DNA of 64,000 nucleotides from an uncultured Actinomycetes bacterium (GTDB lineage Bacteria; Actinomycetota; Actinomycetes; Streptosporangiales; Streptosporangiaceae): NCBI GenBank assembly GCA_963789225.1, contig CAWBKD010000005.1, positions 223,641 to 287,640 of the forward strand, read 5' to 3'. Shown piece by piece: positions 57,303 to 64,000 of this stretch (position 1 is its first letter; each line of letters starts with the position of its first letter). The notes under the pieces were generated by a model. It saw only the letters and a program-made list of their open reading frames with translations, ran no database searches and was not told where the DNA came from. The position numbers and the translations under genes were made by a program.

Positions 57303-57375
57303 GGGGCTATAGCTCAGCTGGAAGAGCGTCTGGTTTGCATCCAGAAGGCCAGGGGTTCGAGTCCCCTTAGCTCCA
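57303..57375 (+). tRNA. tRNA-Ala (anticodon TGC)
   Basis: GGGGCTATAGCTCAGCTGGAAGAGCGTCTGGTTTGCATCCAGAAGGCCAGGGGTTCGAGTCCCCTTAGCTCCA has the G3:U70 identity pair and anticodon loop TTTGCAT. Confidence 0.93.
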
Positions 57376-57558
57376 CCCAGGTCAGAGGCTTATTGCGATC
57401 TTGAGGGGCGCTGAGGAGAGCCAAACCAAGAGCCAAACGTCAGCGTACTATCTGGCATACGACGGCTACTGCGCGCCGTGGGCACGGCGAAGGTTCGGGT
57501 CTTCAATTCCAGCCCGGTCTATCCTGGAACTTCCGACACATCCCGGAGGTCCAGGCCT

Positions 57559-58065
57559 GTGGATGACGGCAACGCGCGGCGCAATGTTCTGTACCTGGTT
57601 ATCAGCGGAGCTCCCGCACCTGAAGGGGTGCCCGCACTAGTTGCCGTGTGTCAGGCCGCCGGGTGGCGGGTGGTGGTCTTCTGCACGCCGACCGGAACCA
57701 GGTTCGTCGATCCCTCTGAGCTGGAGCGGCTGACAGGCGAGCCGGTGCGATCGGAGTACCGGACGCCGGGCACCGGTGCGCCGCTCCCGCCCGCGGACGC
57801 TGTGCTCGCATGCCCGCTGACGTTCAACAGCGTCAACAAGTTCGCCCATGGACATGCGGACAACTTCGCGATGGGCCTGCTGTGCGAGATGGTCGGCTAC
57901 GGCACCCCGGTCGTCGTGGTGCCGCATTGCAAGCCCCAGCTCGCCAGCCACCCGGCGTTCAACGCAAGCCGGAGACTGCGCGCCAAGGGCGTCTGGGTCG
58001 GTGCGATCTCGCTTGGCTGGGGTCCTGCGACTGGGCCGGATCCGGCAAGGATCACCCCGGCGTGA
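57559..58065 (+). CDS. flavoprotein (PF02441-like, CoaC/EpiD fold family)
   Basis: GGAGG lies 9 nt before GTG 57559. It has NVLYLVISGAPAPEGVPALVAVCQAAGWRVVVFCTPTGTRFV...ACPLTFNSVNKFAHGHADNFAMGLL...VVVVPHCKPQLASHPAF. Confidence 0.75.
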   Translation: MDDGNARRNVLYLVISGAPAPEGVPALVAVCQAAGWRVVVFCTPTGTRFVDPSELERLTGEPVRSEYRTPGTGAPLPPADAVLACPLTFNSVNKFAHGHADNFAMGLLCEMVGYGTPVVVVPHCKPQLASHPAFNASRRLRAKGVWVGAISLGWGPATGPDPARITPA

Positions 58066-58221
58066 CGATCGAGGTCCGGGAACGGCTGGTGGCAGGCGCA
58101 GATCCCGGAACCGAACGGTGAGATCGTCACCACCCGGTACACGCTGCGCGCGCTGCTCGACAAGCTTGAAGAACTGCTCGGCGAGAACCCCGGCGACACT
58201 CCCGGCCGGGCGCGCAGCTGA
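58062..58221 (+). pseudogene. HicB-like small antitoxin-fold gene, apparently frameshifted
   Basis: GTG 58062 overlaps the flavoprotein stop (GTGA) and reads VTIEVRE..., stopping after 19 codons. The +1 frame has no start but reads NGWWQAQIPEPNGEIVTTRYTLRALLDKLEELLGENPGD to TGA 58221. Removing one G from ccggg near 58077-58079 joins them. Confidence 0.3.
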
Positions 58222-58230
58222 TCACGCCGC

Positions 58231-58497
58231 TCAGTCGCCGAGCCACTGGATCTTGACGACAAGGACGAGATCGTCGGGCGGGTACACCAGGAACGTGACC
58301 AGCCCGTCGTCGTGCGGGCTGAAGTGCAGCGTTCGCAGCGGCATTGACACATCGTCGCGCTCGTCGCGGCGACGTTGATACTGCACCGGGTCTACGATCA
58401 CAACCGCATCCAGGAATGCCGCGAGCACCGCCTGCACAGCCGGATTCAGGTCGGCGAACTCCTGGTCAGCGGGGCCGTCCAGCTCCCACCGGTACAC
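58231..58497 (-). CDS. ParE/RelE-like toxin-fold protein (putative type II toxin)
   Basis: 88 aa, starting 4 nt after the upstream gene. The layout resembles RelE/ParE (N-terminal helices ADQEFADLNPAVQAVLAAFLDAV.., C-terminal strands LVTFLVYPPDDLVLVVKIQWLG). Confidence 0.5.
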   Translation of the reverse strand: MYRWELDGPADQEFADLNPAVQAVLAAFLDAVVIVDPVQYQRRRDERDDVSMPLRTLHFSPHDDGLVTFLVYPPDDLVLVVKIQWLGD

Positions 58498-58500
58498 CGG

Positions 58501-58836
58501 TCAGACGCCGAACCGGGCCCGGACCTCTTCCCGGGTCGTTCGCTGCCCGGCAGGCGGCAGCCCCTCGTTTCGGTAGGTGTCGACACGAGCCAGGAACTCC
58601 CGCTGGGCCTGAGGGTCGCGCCAGGCATCCGCCTCGAACCACCAGCGCCGGACCGTCTGCACGAGCGGAGTCAGGTCGCCCTGCGCGCGCGCCCGCTCGA
58701 ACGCCGCATCCAGATCCGCGTCGTACCGTTGCAGCACCTCATCGTCGGCGTTGGCGGCCAGCACGGCCCGGATCGCCGCCGGCGTGCAAGCCGGGCGAGG
58801 CAGGACCTGGGCTTGCCTGGCATGCGGCGTGGTCAT
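58501..58836 (-). CDS. DUF6247-like putative antitoxin
   Basis: ATG 58836, 111 aa: ...TPAAIRAVLAANADDEVLQRYDADLDAAFERARAQGDLTPLVQTVRRWWFEADAWRDPQAQREFLARVDTYRNEG. It is helical and sits immediately upstream of the toxin-like ORF. Confidence 0.5.
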   Translation of the reverse strand: MTTPHARQAQVLPRPACTPAAIRAVLAANADDEVLQRYDADLDAAFERARAQGDLTPLVQTVRRWWFEADAWRDPQAQREFLARVDTYRNEGLPPAGQRTTREEVRARFGV

Positions 58837-58944
58837 CAGCAGCCCTTCCAGAGATCGGCGCTTGAACCAGCATAAGTGCGCCCACTGGCAGACAGCAGTC
58901 ATACCGAAGTCCCTTGGCCCTGACCAAGCCGAGCGCATGCTCCG

Positions 58945-59265
58945 TTGCGCTCCAGGCCGAGGCGGAGGCAGGGTTGAAGACCTCCGCCAGCTACACAGTG
59001 GCCAAGGCAGTGGACGATTGGGCTGCTGAAGCGCTGGACGGCCTGGCGGACAAAACTGTCCGGTCACATGTGGACCTGCTCAAGCCGGTTACGATCCTGA
59101 TCGGCAACATCCCGCTGCGGGACCTGAGCGCGCACGACGTGCGCCGCGCCTTGCACAAGCTGGCTGAGGAACGGTCGACCCGGACCATGGCGAGCACCCA
59201 CAACGTGCTGATGCGGGCCATCCGGCACGCGGAGGCTAACGATCACGTGGGCCGGAACGCAGCCA
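58945..59265 (+). pseudogene. tyrosine recombinase N-terminal domain fragment (no catalytic domain)
   Basis: In ORF 58914..59825: LQAEAEAGLKTSASYTVAKAVDDWAAEALDGLADKTVRSHVDLLKPVTILIGNIPLRDLSAHDVRRALHKLAEERSTRTMASTHNVLMRAIRHAEANDHVGRNAAS. After that the translation is featureless. Confidence 0.65.
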
Positions 59266-59602
59266 GTCCGGCGATGGTAGGCGCTCCGCCGCCAGCGGGT
59301 CCGGACATCCGAAGGTTGTTCATCCGCGTGGCTCCCAGCCGCATGCCGCAACCGCGCCCACGCTGCCTGCTCCGGATGGCAAGCTCCTGCCAGGCTCGTG
59401 TCGGTTATCGATTGTGTCGCCGGCCCGTGGTACTGTTCGAACAAGGTTCGAACACCACTCGAATCTGGGTTCGCAGGAGGACAGTGAGGGGCATGGCCTG
59501 TCGGTCGCCTACTCGCGCGGCTATTCGCGCGGATTCGCGTAACATTACTCATCCGTTCCACCCGGTATGCATGCGGCAGCCAAGCCGCACGGCAGGAGTG
59601 TC

Positions 59603-60190
59603 ATGGATCGCGATGAGGTCGAGGAACTTCATTTCATCACGCCGATCGGCACCCTGGACTCGATCTTGGAGCACGGGATCTTGTGCCACGATCGTGCTTC
59701 ACTCCTGCCGCACCGCTCGATTGCAAATGAATCCGTGCAAGACATCCGGCGCGGCAAGTCGGTACCTGGCGGGCTCAGCTTGCACAGCTACGCAAATCTC
59801 TACTTCAATGCGCGCAACCCAATGATGTACTGCCGACAAGATGAGCCCGACTTGGTCGTAGTCCGGGTTTCACCGGCGGTACTTGATATCCCCGACACAG
59901 TTGTCACTGACGGTAATGCCGCAGACCAGGATACGCGGTTCTACCCGTCACCTGAAGGACTCCTGTATCTTAATTTTCAGCGTATTTTCGCTACGTGGTG
60001 GACTGATCCCGATTACTGGACATACCTGGAGAAGAAACGTGTCAGAAACGCTGAAGTTCTAGTGCCGGGTCTGGTACCATCAGAATATATCGAAGGTTGT
60101 TACGTCGATACGCAGGAGAAGCGTAGAGCCTGCCAAGCTTTGGAGGACTTGCCCGTCGTTAATGTTCGCAGGGAGATCTTCTTCAGATGA
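59603..60190 (+). CDS. darT: DarT (DUF4433) ssDNA thymidine ADP-ribosyltransferase toxin
   Basis: AGGAG lies 5 nt before ATG 59603. It has LHFITPIGTLDSILEHGIL, SLHSYANLYFNARNPMMY, VVTDGNA and RNAEVLVPGLVP (catalytic Glu context). G+C is low. Confidence 0.88.
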   Translation: MDRDEVEELHFITPIGTLDSILEHGILCHDRASLLPHRSIANESVQDIRRGKSVPGGLSLHSYANLYFNARNPMMYCRQDEPDLVVVRVSPAVLDIPDTVVTDGNAADQDTRFYPSPEGLLYLNFQRIFATWWTDPDYWTYLEKKRVRNAEVLVPGLVPSEYIEGCYVDTQEKRRACQALEDLPVVNVRREIFFR

Positions 60191-61368
60191 GTAACGTGCG
60201 GATACTCGAAGGTGACCTACTGAAGTCGAAAATGCACGCTCTAGTTAACACGGTGAATACCGTGGGCATCATGGGTAAAGGCGTAGCGCTAGCATTCAAG
60301 AACCGGTATCCGGATATGTACCGTGATTACGTGAAGCGTTGTGAGCAGGGAGAGGTCCGGCTCGGCGAACCGTACGCGTATCGGGCCTTGGATCACGTGA
60401 TCGTGAACTTCCCGACCAAGCAGCACTGGCGCTCGGTCAGCCGCCTTAGTGACATCGAGACTGGCCTGGACTACCTTGAAGACCACTATAAGGAGTGGCA
60501 AATCAGGTCGCTGGCGGTGCCGCCTCTAGGCTGTGGCAACGGTCAGCTTGAATGGCGAGTGGTCGGCCCGATCCTGCTTCGGCATCTCAAGCGCCTAGAC
60601 ATTCCCGTCGAGCTGTACGCACCTCACGGGAGCACTCTACTTGGTGAAATCCAACTCGATCTGCTCGACCAGCTCGATCCTCAAGGCGACGACCAGCAGT
60701 GGCGGCTGGAACCGTGGCTCGTTGCAATTGCTGAGACCGTCCACCGATTGGAATCACTGCGTTATCACTGGCCTGTCGGCCGCGTAATGCTGCAGAAGAT
60801 CGTCTACTTCGCAACTGCGGCCGGTCTACCAACTGGCCTGGAATTCCAGCGCGCCAGCTATGGTCCGTTCGCACCTGAACTCAAGGCTGCGGTCGGGCGT
60901 CTGCAGAATAACGGCATTCTCACAGAGCGCCAGCGCGGCCGAATGATAGAGATGCGTACCAGTTCGGCCCTTGAGGATGCACGTGCGAGCTACGGAAACC
61001 AGCTCGACCAGTGGAACGATCTGATTGACCGACTCGTTGACCTGGCAGCCCGATTCGACACAGCCGGTGCCGAAATCGCTGCGACCGTCCACTATGCCGC
61101 CTACGATCTGCATAACCGGTTGGACCGCAGGCCCACCGTGGCTGAAGTCGTCGATTACGTCGAAGACTGGAAGAGTCGACGTACTCCAAAACTTGAACGC
61201 AGCGACATCCTCCGTGCTGTCGTAAATCTCGGGACACGAGGTTGGCTGCAGGTTGATCCTGATAGTGCAACAGAGCAGGAAATCGAAGACCTCGTAGCCG
61301 GTTGCACGTTAGTTTCGTTACCAATACGGTCAGTGGCCATATCGCCGCAGACCGTTGCATTGATCTAA
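60187..61368 (+). CDS. darG: DarG macrodomain antitoxin (DNA ADP-ribosyl glycohydrolase) with C-terminal toxin-binding region
   Basis: ATGA overlap with darT. It has ILEGDLLKSKMHALVNTVNTVGIMGKGVALAFKNRYPDMY, VNFPTKQHWRSVSRLSDIETGL and LAVPPLGCGNGQLEW. The C-terminal half has a VMLQKIVYFATAAGL...SYGPFAPEL motif. Confidence 0.9.
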   Translation: MSNVRILEGDLLKSKMHALVNTVNTVGIMGKGVALAFKNRYPDMYRDYVKRCEQGEVRLGEPYAYRALDHVIVNFPTKQHWRSVSRLSDIETGLDYLEDHYKEWQIRSLAVPPLGCGNGQLEWRVVGPILLRHLKRLDIPVELYAPHGSTLLGEIQLDLLDQLDPQGDDQQWRLEPWLVAIAETVHRLESLRYHWPVGRVMLQKIVYFATAAGLPTGLEFQRASYGPFAPELKAAVGRLQNNGILTERQRGRMIEMRTSSALEDARASYGNQLDQWNDLIDRLVDLAARFDTAGAEIAATVHYAAYDLHNRLDRRPTVAEVVDYVEDWKSRRTPKLERSDILRAVVNLGTRGWLQVDPDSATEQEIEDLVAGCTLVSLPIRSVAISPQTVALI

Positions 61369-61417
61369 ATGATCATGGTCGGTCCCGCGGCCGCGTTCCG
61401 TGGGAGGAGGCAGCCGG

Positions 61418-61840
61418 TTGGCCGTGGTCGTCACCGTGGCTAAGGGTTACGACCTGGGCTACATCTGGAAGACCCGGGGCGAGGCTGCTGGCCGTGCGAT
61501 GGGCGGTTATTACCTCAACGCCGCTCAGGCCGGGGAGCCGCCGGGCCGGTGGTGGGGACCGGGGGCCCAGGCCCTCGGCCTAACCCCGGGCCAGGTCGTG
61601 CAGCGCGAGCCGTATGAGGCGGTCTATCAGCAGATCGACCCGCGCAACGGTGCCAGCTCGGCCAGGCCCGCGCCGGTATGCCACGTTCGCTGATCACCTG
61701 GCCCGGCTGAGGGCTGCCGAGCCACACGCTACGGCCGAGCGGCTGATCGAGTTGGAACGCGAGGCGGGTGGGCGACGCGTCAGCCCGCTGTCTAAACGGA
61801 CGTAACGGTGTCGTTCTCCAAGTCCATCTCTGCCCGTCCC
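61418..61840 (+). pseudogene. TrwC/TraA-type conjugative relaxase, N-terminal stub with at least two frameshifts
   Basis: GGAGGAGG precedes TTG 61418. Frame 1 reads LAVVVTVAKGYDLGYIWK...GGYYLNAAQAGEPPGRWWGPGAQALGL...YQQIDPRNG. Frame 2 continues RYATFADHLARLRAAEPHATAERLIELEREA. Frame 3 continues DVTVSFSKSISA. Only ~140 aa remain of a protein that is normally many hundreds of aa. Confidence 0.8.
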
Positions 61841-61844
61841 TGAC

Positions 61845-62579
61845 TTATTTGCAGGCGCGATAGGGCAGCATGACCAGGATCGGCTCGGCGAGGCTGAGCG
61901 TCTGCGCCATTGTTACCCCAAGCACGCGGTAGTGCACGACCACGGGGCTGGTGGCGTCGCCAAGGAAGGAAGTGTCGGGCTGGCCCCTGCTGCTCATTGC
62001 CCTGGCATCACCCCGGATCGTCGGGTCACAGATCACGCGTTCGGTGAGCCCGGCCCACACCGTGCCCCCTGGTGCCAGAGCTACCGGGTGGAACGGTGTC
62101 ATCTGGCCGAATCCAGGGCCGAGCTGAGCACCGGCGGGGGCAAGCGCGTTGACCACGCCGGGGGCGAAGGTGCGCAGGGCCACTCCGAGCAAGGTCACCG
62201 GGACGGGGCCACCGTTGTGCACCGAGAAGCCGAAGGTAACCACCCCGCCGGGCCGGTTCGCCCACAGGACCTCGCCGTAACCCTGGTCGGTGGGAAAGAC
62301 GGACGCGTACTCAGCTGCGGTGGGCGCGGCCAGGCTGCCACTGTTGACAGGGAGTACCCCAGACCATCCGACAGGGCTCGCGCTCAACGCGGGGTGTGTG
62401 GATGTGATCGCGGCCAGGTAAACGGCGGCCAGGCCCGTGACGGTAACGATGGCCAGCCAGCGGCCACGCCGTGATCGCGGTGGCGGGGCCTTGACCACGG
62501 CCTCGGTAGTGGACGCGACCACAGATGCCTCCGGTAATCCGGTTGGTCGAACCGTAACAACGGTCAGCGGCCTGTGCAA
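61845..62579 (-). CDS. hypothetical membrane-anchored protein
   Basis: 244-aa ORF (TTG start; start uncertain). It has one TM helix (WLAIVTVTGLAAVYLAAI), then a ~190-aa beta-rich region (VVTFGFSVHNGGPVPVTLLGVAL...VVVHYRVLGVTM). No family recognised. Confidence 0.5.
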   Translation of the reverse strand: MHRPLTVVTVRPTGLPEASVVASTTEAVVKAPPPRSRRGRWLAIVTVTGLAAVYLAAITSTHPALSASPVGWSGVLPVNSGSLAAPTAAEYASVFPTDQGYGEVLWANRPGGVVTFGFSVHNGGPVPVTLLGVALRTFAPGVVNALAPAGAQLGPGFGQMTPFHPVALAPGGTVWAGLTERVICDPTIRGDARAMSSRGQPDTSFLGDATSPVVVHYRVLGVTMAQTLSLAEPILVMLPYRACK

Positions 62580-63395
62580 TCCTTCTACCGCCCGTCTTCC
62601 TCTGATGCCACCGGTGCGACCTCACGACCTACCGCTTAGGGAGGACGTGGGTGGCTAGGCGCAGACCTGCCTGCGCGCTGGTCGGCGGGCAAGTTGGAGT
62701 ATCCGCGAGTTACCCTGATTCCCCGGCATCGACCGGCGGATCGGGCACGCAACGGGCACGTTGCCATACAGCGCGTTGGCATCGTAGACGATGACGAAAG
62801 GCATCGGCCCAGAGCTCGCCCAGCTCCTGGCCGAGTTCGGTCAGCTCGCCGACTGCACCCCTGCGCTCTAGGTCATCCCGCCGTTGGTACACCATCAGCT
62901 CTCCGAGGGCCACCCCGCCCCGCCGCAAGGCCCCCAGTATGTCCAAACCGGCAACGGAAGCCCCGGCCGTCAGCGACTAAGGCCTTCAGGGAGAGCCAAC
63001 TGATGCTACTCTCCGGTTCTAAAGTGAGGGAGATCGTTGGCATCTGGGGTCCCCGATTCCTCGATGGACTGTTTTTACGGGGAATGAGGGTTACGTCCTG
63101 GACGTCCGGCCGGTGCTGGCCAGGCCCATAAGTCTCTTGGCCCCAGGCCGGACACAGCCGGGTCACGGGAGTATGTCAGCTTCGTACCCAACGTGCATGA
63201 AGTTCGACCCTCGCGAATCTGGTGGTGGGAGAGTTGGCAATCTGGGCCGCATGGGGAGGGTCATCGTGAGCGATCAGCAGCGATGGGATCCGTGGCCGCT
63301 GCAAGGCCGCCTGGCCAGCCTGGATACGAGCAACATGCAGCCGTATACCGCCTCATGCTCTGCTCCGCGGCGGATGGGACCCGGGGGGTCGGCCG

Positions 63396-64000
63396 ATGGA
63401 TCCGCTTCAGCCTGGTGATCCGCTCAGCGTGGGCAGCTACCGGCTGCTCGGCAGGCTGGGCGCGGGCGGGATGGGGCAGGTGTTCCTCGGGGTGTCACCA
63501 GGCGGCCGCAAGGTCGCGGTCAAGCTGATCCATCCGGTCCACGCCCAGGACCCTCACTTCCGGGAACGGTTCGCGCGGGAGATCGAGGCCGCGCGGCTGG
63601 TCGGGGGTTTCCACACCGCCCTGGTGGTCGACGCGGACGCGTACGCCAATCCGCCGTGGATGGTGACGGCCTTCATCGACGGGCCGTCGCTGCAAGAGGC
63701 GGTTGACAGGCGCGGGCCACTGCTGCCGGATGAGGTGCGGGCGCTGGGCGCCGGGCTGGCCGAGGGCCTAGCCGCGATCCACGCCCGCGGTCTGGTGCAC
63801 CGGGACCTCAAGCCCGGCAACGTGATCCTCGCTCCGGACGGACCACGGATCATCGACTTCGGGATCGCCCGGGTGATCGACGCGTCGACGGGGATCACCA
63901 ACGCGGGTGCGGTCATCGGGACGTTCGCGTACATGTCCCCCGAGCAGGTCAGCGGGGACGCGATTGGCTCGGCTAGCGACGTGTTCTCGCTGGGCAGCGT
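63396..64000 (+). CDS. serine/threonine protein kinase (N-terminal part; runs off the right edge)
   Basis: Not in the ORF track (no stop in the window). MDPLQPGDPLSVGSYRLLGRLGAGGMGQVFLG...KVAVKLI...GLVHRDLKPGNVIL...IIDFGIAR...GTFAYMSPEQ: intact Gly loop, VAVK, HRDLKP, DFG and SPE motifs. Confidence 0.9.
   Translation, partial: MDPLQPGDPLSVGSYRLLGRLGAGGMGQVFLGVSPGGRKVAVKLIHPVHAQDPHFRERFAREIEAARLVGGFHTALVVDADAYANPPWMVTAFIDGPSLQEAVDRRGPLLPDEVRALGAGLAEGLAAIHARGLVHRDLKPGNVILAPDGPRIIDFGIARVIDASTGITNAGAVIGTFAYMSPEQVSGDAIGSASDVFSLGS

Larger units (their letters stand above)
57376..63395. mobile_element. mosaic genomic island remnant downstream of tRNA-Ala (TA modules, DarTG, integrase and relaxase debris)
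   Basis: It starts at the tRNA 3' end. It contains an integrase fragment, a frameshifted TrwC-type relaxase stub, two to three TA-like modules and a ~2-kb low-G+C block. The right boundary is not defined (no att repeat found by eye). Confidence 0.6.

Noticed and set aside
57492-57510. T-arm-like GGTTCGGGTCTTCAATTCC ~120 nt after tRNA-Ala. Considered as a possible att repeat or tRNA fragment.
   Set aside because: No flanking acceptor or anticodon structure, and it does not match the tRNA-Ala 3' end.
62655-62804. 49-codon minus-strand ORF MPFVIVYDANALYGNVPVACPIRR..., preceded in another frame by ...GELTELGQELGELWAD. Considered as a possible PIN-toxin/antitoxin remnant.
   Set aside because: Only the first ~15 residues resemble a PIN N-terminus, and the rest is featureless. 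This is too little evidence to call a feature.

Overview
This is a high-G+C actinobacterial chromosome segment centred on the replication origin. A hand count of one 60-nt dnaA line gives 68% G+C. The core is the conserved origin neighbourhood. On the minus strand it runs parB-parA-rsmG-jag-yidC-yidD-rnpA-rpmH. On the plus strand it runs dnaA-[oriC]-dnaN-recF-dciA(DUF721)-gyrB-gyrA-DUF3566-tRNA-Ile-DLW-39-...-tRNA-Ala. Left of parB the layout resembles the Mycobacterium Rv3907c-Rv3914 block: cca, a DUF6049 protein, murJ, a separate MviN-type pseudokinase, a SigM-like ECF sigma/anti-sigma pair, trxB and trxA. After these come a GNAT, an aminotransferase, ddl, a threonine aldolase and a free-standing LAGLIDADG-like gene. 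Further left lie PadR-ino1, DUF5318, a class A PBP, a GT87 membrane protein, nfo, rpsF-ssb-rpsR-rplI and dnaB.

Two tRNA-associated accessory patches are present.
- A decayed integrative element sits at tRNA-Arg (about 2.6-7.6 kb). It has a split and frameshifted integrase, an ICMT-type methyltransferase, a 5'-half copy of the tRNA, and truncated hydrolase and VOC genes.
- A mosaic island lies downstream of tRNA-Ala (about 57.4-63.4 kb). It carries a flavoprotein, a ParE/RelE-like pair, integrase and TrwC-relaxase fragments, and a clearly foreign, low-G+C darT-darG cassette.

I do not see a convincing entirely new multi-gene system. The most interesting items are:
- the DarTG cassette and its island context;
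- an apparent 1-nt frameshift in essential dnaB at a homopolymer;
- a DnaA-box cluster upstream of dnaB;
- the tRNA-Arg half-copy;
- a dense homopolymer-tract cluster in dciA;
- a free-standing LAGLIDADG-like gene beside parB.

All family assignments come from motif recognition by eye. No searches were run.
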